Translations under genes and position numbers: made by a program
Shown: positions 25,450 through 37,849 of the stretch, piece after piece
How the letters are laid out: each line of letters opens with the position of its first letter
How positions within the stretch are numbered: position 1 is the first letter of the stretch
Notes under the pieces: model-generated
Seen by the model: the letters and a program-made list of their open reading frames with translations, nothing else
Database searches by the model: none
What the model was told of the DNA's origin: nothing
DNA from: Octopus bimaculoides
Lineage: Eukaryota
Assembly (NCBI RefSeq): GCF_001194135.2
Contig: NC_069004.1
Span: 22,780,334-22,844,333, forward strand
DNA: 64,000 bases
Reading direction: 5' to 3'

Positions 25450-26733
25450 TAGGGGTTTGTACAAAATAATGGAAGCAATTTAAAATTTCAAACAAATTAA
25501 TTTTAATATGGAGTAGGACCAGCTTTGGCAGTAATTACAGCTTGAATTCTACGTATTGTATGAGGTATGGACTCGTACAAAGTTTGAATTGTTTCCAAAG
25601 GACTTTTTGTCCATTCTTCAGCTGAAACAGTTTCCAGTTCTTGTAGTGATGATGGTAGAGGTTATCGACTCCTTACTTGTTTTTCTAAAATGCACCAATG
25701 AGTGTTCAATAATATTGAGACCTGGGGACTGTGGTGGCCAGATAAGATGTTCAACGTCACTAGAATGTTCCTCGTGCCATTCAGTAACAACTTTAGCTGT
25801 GTGAATTGGTGCATTGCCATCCTGAAAGATTCCGTTTCTCTCCGGAAACAGTTTCGCAACAATAGGATGAATTTGATCAGATAAAATACTTAAATAGTCT
25901 TGACTATTAATTCTGCCATGAAGGGAAACCATTGGGCCAGCAGATTTCCAAGATATAGCCCACCAGATCATCACAGATCCTCCTCCATGTTTAACAGATG
26001 GAAGAAGGCAGGTTGGGTCAAATGCTTCTTTTGGCTGTCTCCACATGTATACTCAGCCAGTGGTCGGAAATAAGGTAAAGGATAACTCGTCTGAAAAAAT
26101 AACATTCTTCTACTGCTCTAGGGATCAATTCTGTAGTTTTTTACTCTACTCTAAATGCTTTGCAATGTTTGTTTTTGAAAGTAGTGGTTTTCTGATTGCA
26201 GCCCTCCTGTGAAATCTGGCTTTGTCCAGCTCCCGGCAAACAGTCTTTGTGGAAACTGAGTGCTCAAGGTAGTCATTAAGCTCTGCAGTAATTTTGGGAG
26301 CTGTACTTCTGTGATCCTTTCTAACAATTCTCGTAAGAGTCCGACGGTCCCTTTCTGAAAGTTTTAGTTTTCTTCTGGAGTTTTGTTTCAATAGGGAGGT
26401 TTTTCCCTCTTTCTCAAAGGCTGTCATTACTTTTGAGACTGTACTTCTTGATACACCAAACATTTCGGCTGTTTTCATTACGCTAGTGCATGCCATCCAA
26501 GCACCAACAATTTGACCTCTTTGAAAGTCTAATACATTTGTCATTTTAATGAATTTTGATTACCTTTTTCTTATGATATCTGAAAAGAAACAGCAATTTT
26601 AGCAAAACATATTAAGCAACACTAATAATAAATCAAAAAGCATAAAAATAAACAAGCTTTTGACAGTTTTATAGTTATTTCAAAATTATGATGCTATGAT
26701 ATTGGGTGTTTTCATTATTTTGTCCAACCCCTG
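25450..26733 (-). mobile_element. Tc1/mariner DNA transposon, full length (1284 bp)
   Basis: TIRs (c/t)aggggtt(gg/tgt)acaaaataatg; TA TSD at 25448-25449 and 26734-26735. Confidence 0.92.
25505..26544 (-). pseudogene. Tc1 transposase, frameshifted; DD36E spacing
   Basis: HTH region GVSRSTVSKV...RKPLLS; KHGGGSVMIW; FQD(G)NAPIH...WPPQSP(G)LNIIE with 36 residues between the second catalytic position and E. Confidence 0.88.
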
Positions 26734-27344
26734 TATGTTAAATTATGTTGTTTCCTCTTCAGTAACTTTTAAATTCTTAGCGTTCTCCTCTTCTACTTGA
26801 GTTTTTTTATTCTGTTTGGCACTATTATGCTTAATATTTACTATCCTACTCTGATTACAACAGCTTTTTTGAAATATCAATATTATTTTTACATTAATAT
26901 TTTTGCTAAGACAATAAGCCATGCAGATCTTATGTTTATTAAAAATTCTATAATATTTATGATTGATTGGAAAATATTTTTCAATTGCTAAATTGAACAA
27001 TTTGAAAAAATTATAAACTTGTTTACCAAATGGAGTGATTAACCATAAAGTATTCTTTGAGTTAAGATCATAATCTTGATGTTTATACCTGTTTTTCGAA
27101 GGAGTAAATATTCTTAGATTTCAATCCACCTTAAAGTTAGTGTTTATGTTATCTTTTAAATCTTTTAGTTGTTTTTATATTAAAAGAATTTGAGATTTTA
27201 TTAAAGAATACTACTTCTTCATTTCTATTAGCAGTACGAGAATTTTTAACTTGGTTGTCAACTATCTTATAATTTTTCCTTTTCTTTTAATTATTATAAT
27301 TGTTCATTGATTTTTTTCTCTGTTAGAATCACCTAAGTTATTCC

Positions 27345-27830
27345 ATAAATCACCACTGGCTTCAACCACAGCCTCCAGATGATTTTGGAATCTCCTGCAA
27401 CTCTTCTGAACGGTCTCCTTGTTTAAGTTGGTGAATGCTGCCATAAACCTTGCCTTCAGTTCATCTTTGGTGTTACAAGGAGTCTTGTTGGTCTCTCGCT
27501 CAACTGTGCCCCACACATAATTAAGGGGGTTACAGCCTGGGGAGTTAGGTGACCAGACGTTAGGGGTGATGTGGTTGCAGAAATTGTCTGACAGCAATGA
27601 CTGGGTTCTCCTGCTTGTGTGGCATGGTGCAGAGTCCTGTTGCCAGGCATAGGGTCTTCCAGCAGCCACCCTCTTGACCCAGGGCAGCACTACCTCGTCC
27701 AGGCACTTGATGTAGGCCTCTGTGTTGTGTCTGGAGCCGAGTGGGCTGATGAATGGAGGCATAACATCGCCATCACTGGTGATCACTGCAAACACCATGA
27801 TGATTGGAATTTTGATTTTGGCAAAGGGAA
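27345..27830 (-). mobile_element. maT/DD37D-type mariner transposase C-terminal fragment
   Basis: MVFAVITSDG...WQQDSAPCHT...WSPNSPGCNPLNYVWG; 37 residues between QQD and the final (D>N) position. Confidence 0.85.
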
Positions 27831-27849
27831 CAAGTTGAGGACTCAGTAT

Positions 27850-28340
27850 TTTCTTGAGTGGATGGCAAGGCCTGCTTTGCATCATGCCACAAAACCACAA
27901 TGGCAGGTAAGCTTTCCATTTAGAGGAGTAGCATTTTGCCAGCATGCCTTTATGCTTGCACAAAATTTTCCCGATGTTGGAGTTGACATTACTCAAATTG
28001 TTGAACTGAGGAGAAGCAGGACTGGTGCCAGGTCCTGAGTTCTAATGCTTTGTTTTCCTAAGAAGAAAAGGGAATTTTACATCACTTCAGATTGTCTTTT
28101 AGTTTGTCTTTGAAGCCCAAGCATGGCCTTCCAACTGATCTTCCTGTTGGGAATTGGCCAAAGAGGAGCTGCTTTGGGATTCAGATATCATTCATATGTG
28201 AGAGATGACCTGACCATCTAAGCTGTATTTTGATGAGGATGGCTTCAATACCTGATATATTGCATTTTGTTAGCACCTCACTGTTACGATTATGGTCATC
28301 GCATATGAAAAGCATCAAGCTCGTTGATGTGTTTTCAGTA
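27850..28340 (-). mobile_element. RTE-clade LINE 3' fragment
   Basis: NSEVLTKCNISGIEAILIKIQLRWSGHLSHM. Confidence 0.75.
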
Positions 28341-29303
28341 CAAGGTCCAAGATTCGGCACCATAGAGCAATGGTGTCAAAATCACTGACCTATACACATT
28401 GACTTTCACCTTCAACGATACATTGTGACTGTTCTGAAGCCTATGATAAAGCTTACTGAAAACGAAACTAGCCTTCCCAGTTCTGGACTCAGTTTCTTTA
28501 TCTATCTTAGCAAGATTGCTATGTATACATTATATACATTGTTTTGTCTTTGGGAGTTTCTCATGCAGTTAGTTACGAAGTTAATAGAAAAAGATAAGTT
28601 CATTTTATTCTATAATTGAAATGTCTCCCTTGTGGTGTAAACATGGTTTTATTTACTTATTGTTTATAATAACTGTACAACATATATACATTTGTAAGTG
28701 TGTGTATACATTTTGGAAATAGTGTCGAGTCACATGTTGTAAACATTACAAAATGGCAAGCTAACAAATTAACCTCTATGAGTTTGTTTGATCTGATCAA
28801 AATAAACTGCTGGGAGATCCTCAAATTACATTCTACCATATTTAAAAAGGCAAAATCACATTAAATATTATAATCTTATATACATCTTTTCTTAATAAAA
28901 ATAGGTATGGTTGGCCACTCCTGGAATGTTTTTAATCATGTATTTCTTAAACTAGACTTATCTGGACTAAATAATGGCAACTCTACAATAGCAAAAGGGT
29001 TTATACATGGCAGTTCATCCAGCTACAAATAACAGCCAAATCTAGGTAAAAATTACTCCTTACTATCTTACAAACATCTGGAAGGGTACATTTTATTGTC
29101 CTAGGTGCACTAAACCAGGGTAAAAGTTGGCATCATCATGGCTGAAATATCTTTCATCATCGGTCTGTCTACACCATCAAAGCTGTCCTTGAGCCAAACA
29201 ACAATAGCATTAATGAAACAAAAAGCTTATCTTGAGGTTTAATTTAATAGTAAACTTGTAAAACATATCATTATTATCATCATTATTGTTTTACTTCCAC
29301 ATT

Positions 29304-30011
29304 TTACATGCTGACTTGAGCATGATATTCATCAATGTGCTGGCTGAGAGGTATTTTCCTGTATTCCGGAATCCTAATTTGAGATTTGTGCACTGCCATC
29401 CTCTGATGTAGGCTGGTTTTTGTGTGTCCAATATATTGCTGTTTACATCCCGAGCATGTAATTAAGTAAATCAAGTTCTCTGATACACATGTAAAATTAG
29501 TTTTTATGGTGAAATTATGATCTTGTTCTAATTGGTATTCAGATTCTTCTATTATATTGATACAGATCGCACAGTTGGGTCTCCCACACTTTTTTACTGT
29601 CGGCTTTGTGGTTATTGTTGAGTGCAATTTGGCCTGGGTTAAAATCGTTTTCATTGATTTTAGTTGTCTCTTACTTTTGATGATTGTGTGTGTTTTGAGG
29701 ATTTGATTCATCTTTGGGTCTCTCTTGAGTAGAGCTGTGCTGTGGGGTATAGTGTTCAATGCCTCATTGTTATGTGGGTCGTGTGTGGAAATGTAAGTCA
29801 CAGTTTTCAATTTTTCTTCCTTCTTTGGTCTTGGTCGTCTAAGTTCTTGTGTATTCAATTTAAGTATTCGTTGGATCGTATTGTTGGTTAAGGGTTGATG
29901 GTTTTCAATTCCTAGAGTCGTGTGTAACGGGTGTTTGCGTCTGATACTATTGTGCAAATTCTTTTGGCTAAACGAAATGGGATGCTCATCCTGGTGTGTC
30001 TCGGGTGGCAA
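29304..30011 (-). mobile_element. Penelope-like (Poseidon-type) GIY-YIG fragment
   Basis: CGRPNCAIC...FTCVSENLIYLITCSGCKQQYIGHT...RMAVHKSQI. Confidence 0.9.
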
Positions 30012-30449
30012 GAATCAAATGGCAGCTACTGTTCCGAGTCTGTGAGTTTGTAATAGATATCTGTCTCTATTTTGTTCCTGACTTATATATATAGATACAT
30101 GTATGTATGTATGTGAAGGCGCATGGCTTAGTGTTTGGTGTGTTGCACTCATTATTGCGAGATTGTAGGTTTGATTGCCAGACTGAGCATTGCTTTGTGT
30201 TCTTGACCAAAGCACTTCATTTCATGTTGCTGTGCAATCATTTCGTCATCTGGCATCTGGTACATGGTGCACCTGTACAGGTAATGTGGATTTGATGGAG
30301 AGAGTGAGCTTATGTGAACACAGACATTTGATCATTATAAACAGATCATCTGTGTGGTTGTTCGGCAAGAAATTGCCAGACCCTCACATGTCATCTAATA
30401 ACGGGAGAGTCCATGATGTATGTATGTATATATTTTGATATTTTGCTTA

Positions 30450-30850
30450 GGGATTGCGTTACTAATAACCTGGTATTAAAACTCAATATACATAAGCTTC
30501 AGAATTAAGAATTAGTCAAGTACAGAGTGGTAAAAAAACCTGTTTACATCTTATCATAGAAATTCCTCATAAACCTGTCCTTATGCGTTTTTTAAAATGA
30601 TCTTATTCTAATTCTGGGAGAGGCTTCTTCCCCTCAATCCCCTAAATTTTATTTCCCACATATGTTTATGCTTTTTTACTGGTAATACTTTTCTGTGTAT
30701 ATATAGATGTAAATGTTTTTCCAAATAAAACTGCACTTTATGTTTGATACTCTGATGAAGTTATAAGGTGATACTGAAGCACTCCACTCTGAGTGCACTG
30801 CATCTTATAGCAGAAACAGCTGTAAGCTAATAAAATTCATAAAATAATTG
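30450..30850 (+). mobile_element. Penelope-like 3' end with hammerhead motif at 30745-30830; a partial copy lies at 34052-34118
   Basis: CTGATGAa-gttataaggtg...gcactc/gagtgc...catcttatagc-aGAAAC-agct-GTA. Confidence 0.6.
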
Positions 30851-31229
30851 TTTATTCCTTTGTCATCCTAATTTCTTATATATATCTTCTTCATCATCAT
30901 CATCATCATCATCATTTAACATCTGTTTTCAGTGCTGGCATGGGTTAGACAGCTTGACAGGAACTGGTAAGGCCAGGGTCCACAATAGTTCTCCTGGCTT
31001 TGTTTCTATGGCTGGATACCCTTCCTAAAACCAACCACTCCACATATAAAATAATTTAACTGTATACATTGCCCAGGTTTATTACAGCTTGTTGGAAAAA
31101 TGTAAAAGGGAGCAGAAACCTGCAATAAGTTAAGTAAAGAAAGACAGCAACGACAGCCAAAAGTGAATGCATTGTGTGGAAGATTAACCACAAACAGATA
31201 GAAAAGTGAACAGTAAAAGAGCCATATAG

Positions 31230-32500
31230 AGGAGAGGGTGCATAGACATGTCAGGAATAATGTTGGGGAATTTCGGGAAGCATGGAATTTTTTTAAGGAT
31301 GCAATGTCCTGACTGCTAACAAAAAATATAACTCTGAGTGTGAAAAAATGGTTTTGAAATTCAGGGGTTTTGTGCTGTGTTTTGGATGTTATGAGCATAA
31401 CATGATTGGTTGAAATAGTGAATTCAGAACCATTGTCAAAGTTGATGTTGGAAAGATGGATAATTTTGTGGGCTGCTAAACATCAAAGATTTAATGTATT
31501 GATGTCCAGAAAAGCAATATATTCTAGATATGGTGACTGCCAGAAAATATTTATCTGCTACAGCAAGGCTAATTTGTATTTTATTAAAAAGATTTACCTT
31601 TCATTTTAGATTATCCTTAAAAATTTGTTGTGCGGTGCACATTACCAACCCAGCACTGTAATAAAAATTAGACTAATTTTGATTATTTTTGAGTTTGTAT
31701 TCACTTTAGCTATGCACAATGAATCTCTTTCATAGACAGAAAATAGGTAGTCTTTTTTATGATAACAGTTTAACAAAAGCTGAAGGTCTCTTCATTTTGA
31801 TCCCTTTTCTGCCCATGAAGAGATAAACCTGTGTTGTAAACACTTTGTTAACATTTTATAGAATGTTTGAATAACTGGTAACCCTGTTACCAGTTATGCT
31901 GGTAAGTCAGTTCAGGATATGATATGCCCCAAAAGAGTATTCATTTGATTGCACATCTCTTGACACCTTTCAGTTTACAACTATTCTGGAGAAGATAAGG
32001 TGTTTAAATTGCAGGTACAAACTGTGTGTACCTACCATAGCCATATATAGCATTAAATAGGGAGCCAGTGAGCAGCTAAAAAAGATTTTATTGATCGATG
32101 CTAAGACACTTTCAGTATTTTTATGAATTTAGAAATGTAGTCCATCCAGTGCAGATCATTGTTGGTAATAATTCCCAGACTATTTTCACCTGCAGAACTT
32201 TTTAAGATTTATGTTGTGGAGGGATAAGTGAATTTCAAATTTCTTTTCCTCCTAAAACTTATAAGTTCTGCCCTTGTCTACAGCCGGCTGTAGCTGGATG
32301 GTTAAGATCCAAATCAGGATTTCAAAAGCATCAGATATTGTATTTAGGGCAAGGCTCATAACTTTACAGGCCTCACCTAACCTAGCTGACCTAACAGGTT
32401 TTCTTTTGAGCCAACAAGAAGGATCTACAATCAGGGTTACTGAAATAAAAAATAAAGTTGTTATGGTTGTGATGTCTTTGATTATGGATCTGCTTGACCA
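31230..32500 (-). mobile_element. CR1/L2-group LINE 3' fragment, heavily decayed
   Basis: rc gives SLGIITNNDLHW..ISK and EFQNHFFTLRV. Confidence 0.65.
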
Positions 32501-33136
32501 AGATTGACCTGAAGTTATATCTACTACTGCTACTACTACTTAGTGGAGGTGTGTGGCTTAGTGGTTAGGATATTGCACTCATGAGATTGTGGATTAAAAA
32601 ATCCTGGACTGGGTGATGTGTTGTGTTCTTGAGCAAAACACTTCATTTCACGTTGCTCCAGTCCACTCAGCTGGCAAAAATGAGTAATCCTACAACAGAC
32701 TGGCATCTTATCCAAGGGGTGAATATATATGCCACAGAATCCAGGAAACCATCCTTATGAATCTTTTTTCTGACTACTACTGCTTAGCTTTAGTTCCTTC
32801 TGTGCTTCTCAGTGCATTGAGCAGCAAGCTTTACCCCCCCCCCCCCTGGATTCAGTTGGCTGCTACTCTTGCACGTCCATTCCACATAACATCGACTGTC
32901 TTCAGGTCGTCCTGAAATGTTTGCTCTCCAACGATCTTTAGCCTACCCTTTTCTACACCTGCCAACAGGTAGTACTCAAGTCATGGTTATTTTTGAGAGC
33001 TGTTGGTTGGCTTGATGGGGAATATGGCCAGCCAGGCAGAAGTGGCACTCTTCTATGATCACTTGCAGTGGTCATATCCTTACTCTTTTCAGAAGAAGAG
33101 GAAGAAGAAATGTAGTAACAGTAGTAGCACCACCAT

Positions 33137-33167
<31 letters not shown>

Positions 33168-34214
33168 GCTACTGCTGCTGCTGCTGCTGCATCAGCAACA
33201 ATACAAACTAATGAGGGAGCTTCTATATGGCCGTTTGTCATTCACCCCACTGAAACTAACAGTGAAATTATAAGTCTCTATCATCTTAAATAAGGACAGT
33301 TACTTCACTTTAAATTTATGAGGCAACTTGAGTGTTCCCTTCAGACTGGAATACCTTTGATAATAGATCTGTTCAAATGACAGTTAGCTGTAGCCTAGGG
33401 CTAAACAACAACAACAACAGCCGATCTTTTCTACTTCACAGCTGAAAAGATAATTGCCAGGAAAGACCAGAGAGAAGGAGATATCCAGCTGTTTCCATCT
33501 ACCCATGGTTAATGATGGTTAATTGATGTAAAAAGGATAAAAAAAAAAGAAATCCTGGAAGTTTTATCTGCTTGGATTAAGGTTATCTAATTTGTTTCAG
33601 GTTTGGGCAGGGTAAATTTTAAGGATAAAGAGAGAGAAGGGAGATAAAATAGACATGAACTGTCACCTCATAAATCTACAGCAATCTCTAAAGCTGTCAC
33701 TTGCCTAATTAAACATTAAATAGACTTTAATATCTAGAATGTTAGTTGGATATCAGTTTATTTCTTTTTATCTTTCATTCTATTCAGTTGTTTGATGAAG
33801 ATTATGATGGCAGTAGTGATGGTGATGGTGAGGAAGAGAAGTAGGAGGGACATCGCCCATACATGATTTTTTGCTTGTTTTTATTTTTTTAATCTCCTGA
33901 GATCAGAAATTGGATAAAACTCATGTGGGAAATTTTAAATTTCAAATGTTGTGCATTGGATTTTAGATTTGTGTGTATGTGTAGGTGTATGTGTGTGTCA
34001 CTTGTTTCAGTCATTAGACTGCAGCCATGCAATACTAATAGGCATTGTGAGACTAATAACCTGGTGTGAGAACTCAATATACATATGCTTCTGAATGAAG
34101 CATTAGTTGAGCACAGAGCATTAATTAGAAATTGAGATGACAAAGGAATAAATGATGAACTTCATTACCTTACAGTTGTTTCTGCTATATGACGTGATAC
34201 ACACACACACACTT

Positions 34215-36040
34215 ACAAAGCACCAGGTTGGTTCGACAATAATGGTAAAGAAATTGGTCTTATCTTAGAGACATGAAAGGCATTCAATATGTTGCTAAAT
34301 GCTTCCTTTTCAATGAACAGGACAGCATCTACATATTTTAAGGAAGTAAAAACAACAGTGCAGAGGAAACTGAGGAGGATGCAGGAAAATTGGTTGTGAT
34401 AAATGCAATGAAATCGAAGACGCTTCAAATACTAACAATTCAAAACTTCTTTACTCTCTCTTGAAAAAAGTTTATGGTCCAACTTCATCAATGGTTGTTC
34501 CACGTCATAGCGAAAATGGCACAGAATTATTAACAAATCCTAAAGATATTGTTGGGAAATGGAAAGAACACTTTGATGAGTTGCTCAGTAGACACACCAA
34601 ATTTGATCTTTCTGCTCTTGATAATATACCTGAAAGACCAACAAAACATTTTTCAGCAGAGGTTCTGGCTGAAATAAAAGCAGCTCTCATGAAATTGAAC
34701 AATGGAAAGGCCCCTGCTATGGATGGATTAAGTACAGAGATATACAAATATGGTAGTGAACATCTCTGTTCAATGTTGACAGATGTGATTCAAAGGGTTT
34801 GGCATAGTGAGGTGGTTCCTCAGGATTGGCATGATACAATTATGGAGATACTCTATAAATTGAAAAGTGGAGAGTATGTCTGCAATAATTTTCATGGCAT
34901 TTGTCTGTTAGTTGTGGCTGGAAAGTCCTTTGTAGGGTAATGCTTGATAGATTGCATCTGCACATTGCTGATGAGTTCTACCAGAATCACAATGTTGGTT
35001 CTGAGGTGGTAGGAGTACCATGGATATGATATTTTCAGCCAGACAGATATAAGAGAAGTGCATCAAATAGGATATGGACTCATATCAAGTTTTTATTGAT
35101 CTGACAAAAGCATTTGATTCTGTAAATAGAGTTGCAATTTGGGAGATGTTGAAAAACCTAGGCTTTCCTGAAAAATTTGTGAGAATGCTTAGATAATTTC
35201 ATGATGAGATGGAGGTGAGAGTTAGTGTTGGATGTACCCTGTCAGATCCAATTTCTGTAGAAAATGGTGTGAAACAGGATGATATTCCTGCTCCTACCTT
35301 GTTTACTCTTTATTTTACAATAGTCTTTTAAATAGCATTCAAAGACTGAGCTGAAGGGGTCTATATAAGATATAAGACAGCAGGAAAACTTTTCAACCTC
35401 AAAAGACTTTGTAGCAAAAACAAAAGTTCTTCATGCTCACATCATTGCGTTCTTGTATGCAGATTATTGTGACCTGTTGGCACATTCCCAGGAAGACATG
35501 CAACACATGATGAGCAAGATCCCTGCAGCATGTACAGCATTGGGCCTTACAGTTAACTTGAAGAAAACTGTTCTGATGTACCAACCGACGACCCCCCCCT
35601 CTAAGCTTTATATGGAACCTTCTGTAACTATACATGGACAAAGGTTAGAAGTTGTCACCAAATTCATATATTTAGGAAGTACTCTGAGCACTCCCTGGTC
35701 TTGCTAATGAAATTTCATATAGAATTAACAAAGATTGTGATTCCTTTGATAGACTTCACAAGCGCCTCTGGTCACACCATAGCATATCTATCCAAACTAA
35801 AGTTAAGGTTTATAACACACATGTTCTGCCATCGTTGCTCTATGGAAGTGAGACATGAGTTATTTATTGTAAGCATTGAAACATTTGAAGCATATATTTT
35901 GGTGCTCGTAGTATGTGGGTGGTACGAGTGAGTAGAACATGCCAAGAGGAACTCAGAATATGTAGTCCTATATCTTTTGACACCAAATGCCTGAGGTGAC
36001 ACAGATTGCACTGCTTGATGCAACACATCTAGATGCACAA
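34215..36040 (+). mobile_element. RTE-clade LINE RT fragment
   Basis: KKVYGP...KAPAMDGLSTEIYKYG...DLTKAFDSV...GVKQD...YADYCDLLAH...KFIYLGSTLS. Confidence 0.92.
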
Positions 36041-36781
36041 TACACTACCTGTAAAGGACAGCTGCAGGATGGGCCGAAATGAGCATCGTGTTGAATTCAT
36101 ACTAAATCCATTTTCCATTTCCCTCATCAATTATATAAACCTAAAGTGAATTTCTTGTAAGTATTATGTACTTGTGTGTGTGCACGCATGTATAGAAAAA
36201 ATAATGTAAATAAAATTGCCTAAAAGGTGAATAATCTTGCCTAAAATTTGGTCTTTGAGTTAAGCCACATTTTTATCACACAGGAAGATGTTCTATGAAT
36301 ATCTTATTCTAAACTTTCACTCTCCACCACCACCAACAACACTGATACTTATACAAGAGGCTTTCTTTGTACACTTACTCACACACATATATAAATATAT
36401 GTATGTATATATATGTGTGTGTATGTATAAACACACACACACATACAGATGCATCTTCATACAGTATACGTTATCTGTATGCATGTGTCTTCCCCCACTT
36501 CTCTCTCTTTCTCTCTCTCTCTAGATATATATATGTGTGTCTTTATCTGCACATACACACATGCTCTAGAGACTCACACATACATACACTATACTTTATC
36601 AGTATATTTGTCTCCTCTTATCATTTTGCAATGCGTCTTAGAATGTTTTTTTTTTAATCTATTTATTTAAAGCAGATGAGTATAATAATCTCTCCACATT
36701 TGGGCGGGATATTTTTCAACGGTTGCAGCTTGAATTTAATGTCAGACAGTATCTACCTCTCCCATCACCACCACAACCACC

Positions 36782-36827
<46 letters not shown>

Positions 36828-37240
36828 GTGAACTGGCAGAACAGTTAGGGTTTTAGACAAAATGCTTCGGTGGTATTTCTTCTTCCTCTTGACATTCTGA
36901 GTTCAAATTCTGCCTAGGACAACTTTGCCTTTCATCATTTGAGTATCGGTCAAATCTTGGGATCAATGGTATCATCGACTTATCTCCTGCATCTCCTCAA
37001 AAATCATTACCTTAATTAGAAACCCGTTATTATTATTGAGGATAATAGAATGGCAGAATCGTTAGAACATCAGAAAATATGCTCTGCAGTGTTCCTTCTG
37101 GTTCTCTATATCCAGAGTTCTAATTTTGCTATGGTCAACTTTATTTTTCATCACTCCAAGGTCAGAAGTGTTAAGACCAGTTAAGTACAGGAGTTGACGG
37201 TATCATCTAATCCCCTCCTCTTAAAACTGCTGGCCTTGTC
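36828..37240 (+). mobile_element. Two old SINE family B copies in tandem
   Basis: gaactggcagaacagttag...ttctgagttcaaattc; second head near 37050. Confidence 0.75.
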
Positions 37241-37265
37241 CCTAAATAAGAATGAATTTTTATTA

Positions 37266-37297
<32 letters not shown>

Positions 37298-37299
37298 GA

Positions 37300-37725
37300 G
37301 TGAGAAAGTAGCGCATGCCATCAAAGTGACACTGGGGTGCAAATATACAAAGGGTACACCAGGCACATGCATTGCAACCATATGTGCGTGACATGGTGAT
37401 CTTATATCAAGATAAACAGTGCATGACCTTGCAGGTCATGTTAGGATTTTCTTCAGATCAAGTAGCCCATCCCGCTCAAAAGGTCCCTGAATAAGGTTTG
37501 TTTTAAGGATGATGAACAAAACACCTATGTTTCCAGAGGTGAATTATCCAAACCCCAAAGAATTCCTCTCAACACATGGCTGTGATGCTCCCCCATTACT
37601 TCTGCTCGTGATCTGAAATGCATATATCGTCAGCCACTGAGGGACTTGCTCAACTGGTTACGGTCAAGCAACTGACAAGCAAATCTGTGGTATTGAGCAG
37701 AATATTTGCTGTAGCCCATCTTTTC
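37300..37725 (-). mobile_element. Retroelement 3' end with (ATA)n tail, clade uncertain (CRE-like)
   Basis: rc begins WATANILLNTTD-like and ends at the (tta)n run 37259-37298. Confidence 0.35.
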
Positions 37726-37762
37726 TTGTTAATATTATTATCTTCTTCTTCTACTTCTTCTT

Positions 37763-37794
<32 letters not shown>

Positions 37795-37849
37795 TATTAT
37801 TATTTCTGTCTGGAGCAAAAAGATGCATGTTTGTGGTTTGTAAGTTTTC

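Larger units (their letters stand above)
24540..27310 (-). mobile_element. Penelope-like retroelement (RT C-terminus, GIY-YIG and 3' end), interrupted by Tc1
   Basis: ORF 24924-25397 has CSC...C.NVIH...FKRRLANHLSSF...LSKLIW...W.....PY....RCDLCL; 26743-27000 has LAIEKYFPINHKYYRIFNK. Confidence 0.9.

Noticed and set aside
27304-27996. 230-aa ORF as an intact transposase
   Set aside because: It is a chance fusion: only about 27345-27830 is mariner-like, the N-terminal part reads through adjacent RTE-derived DNA, and no TIRs were found.
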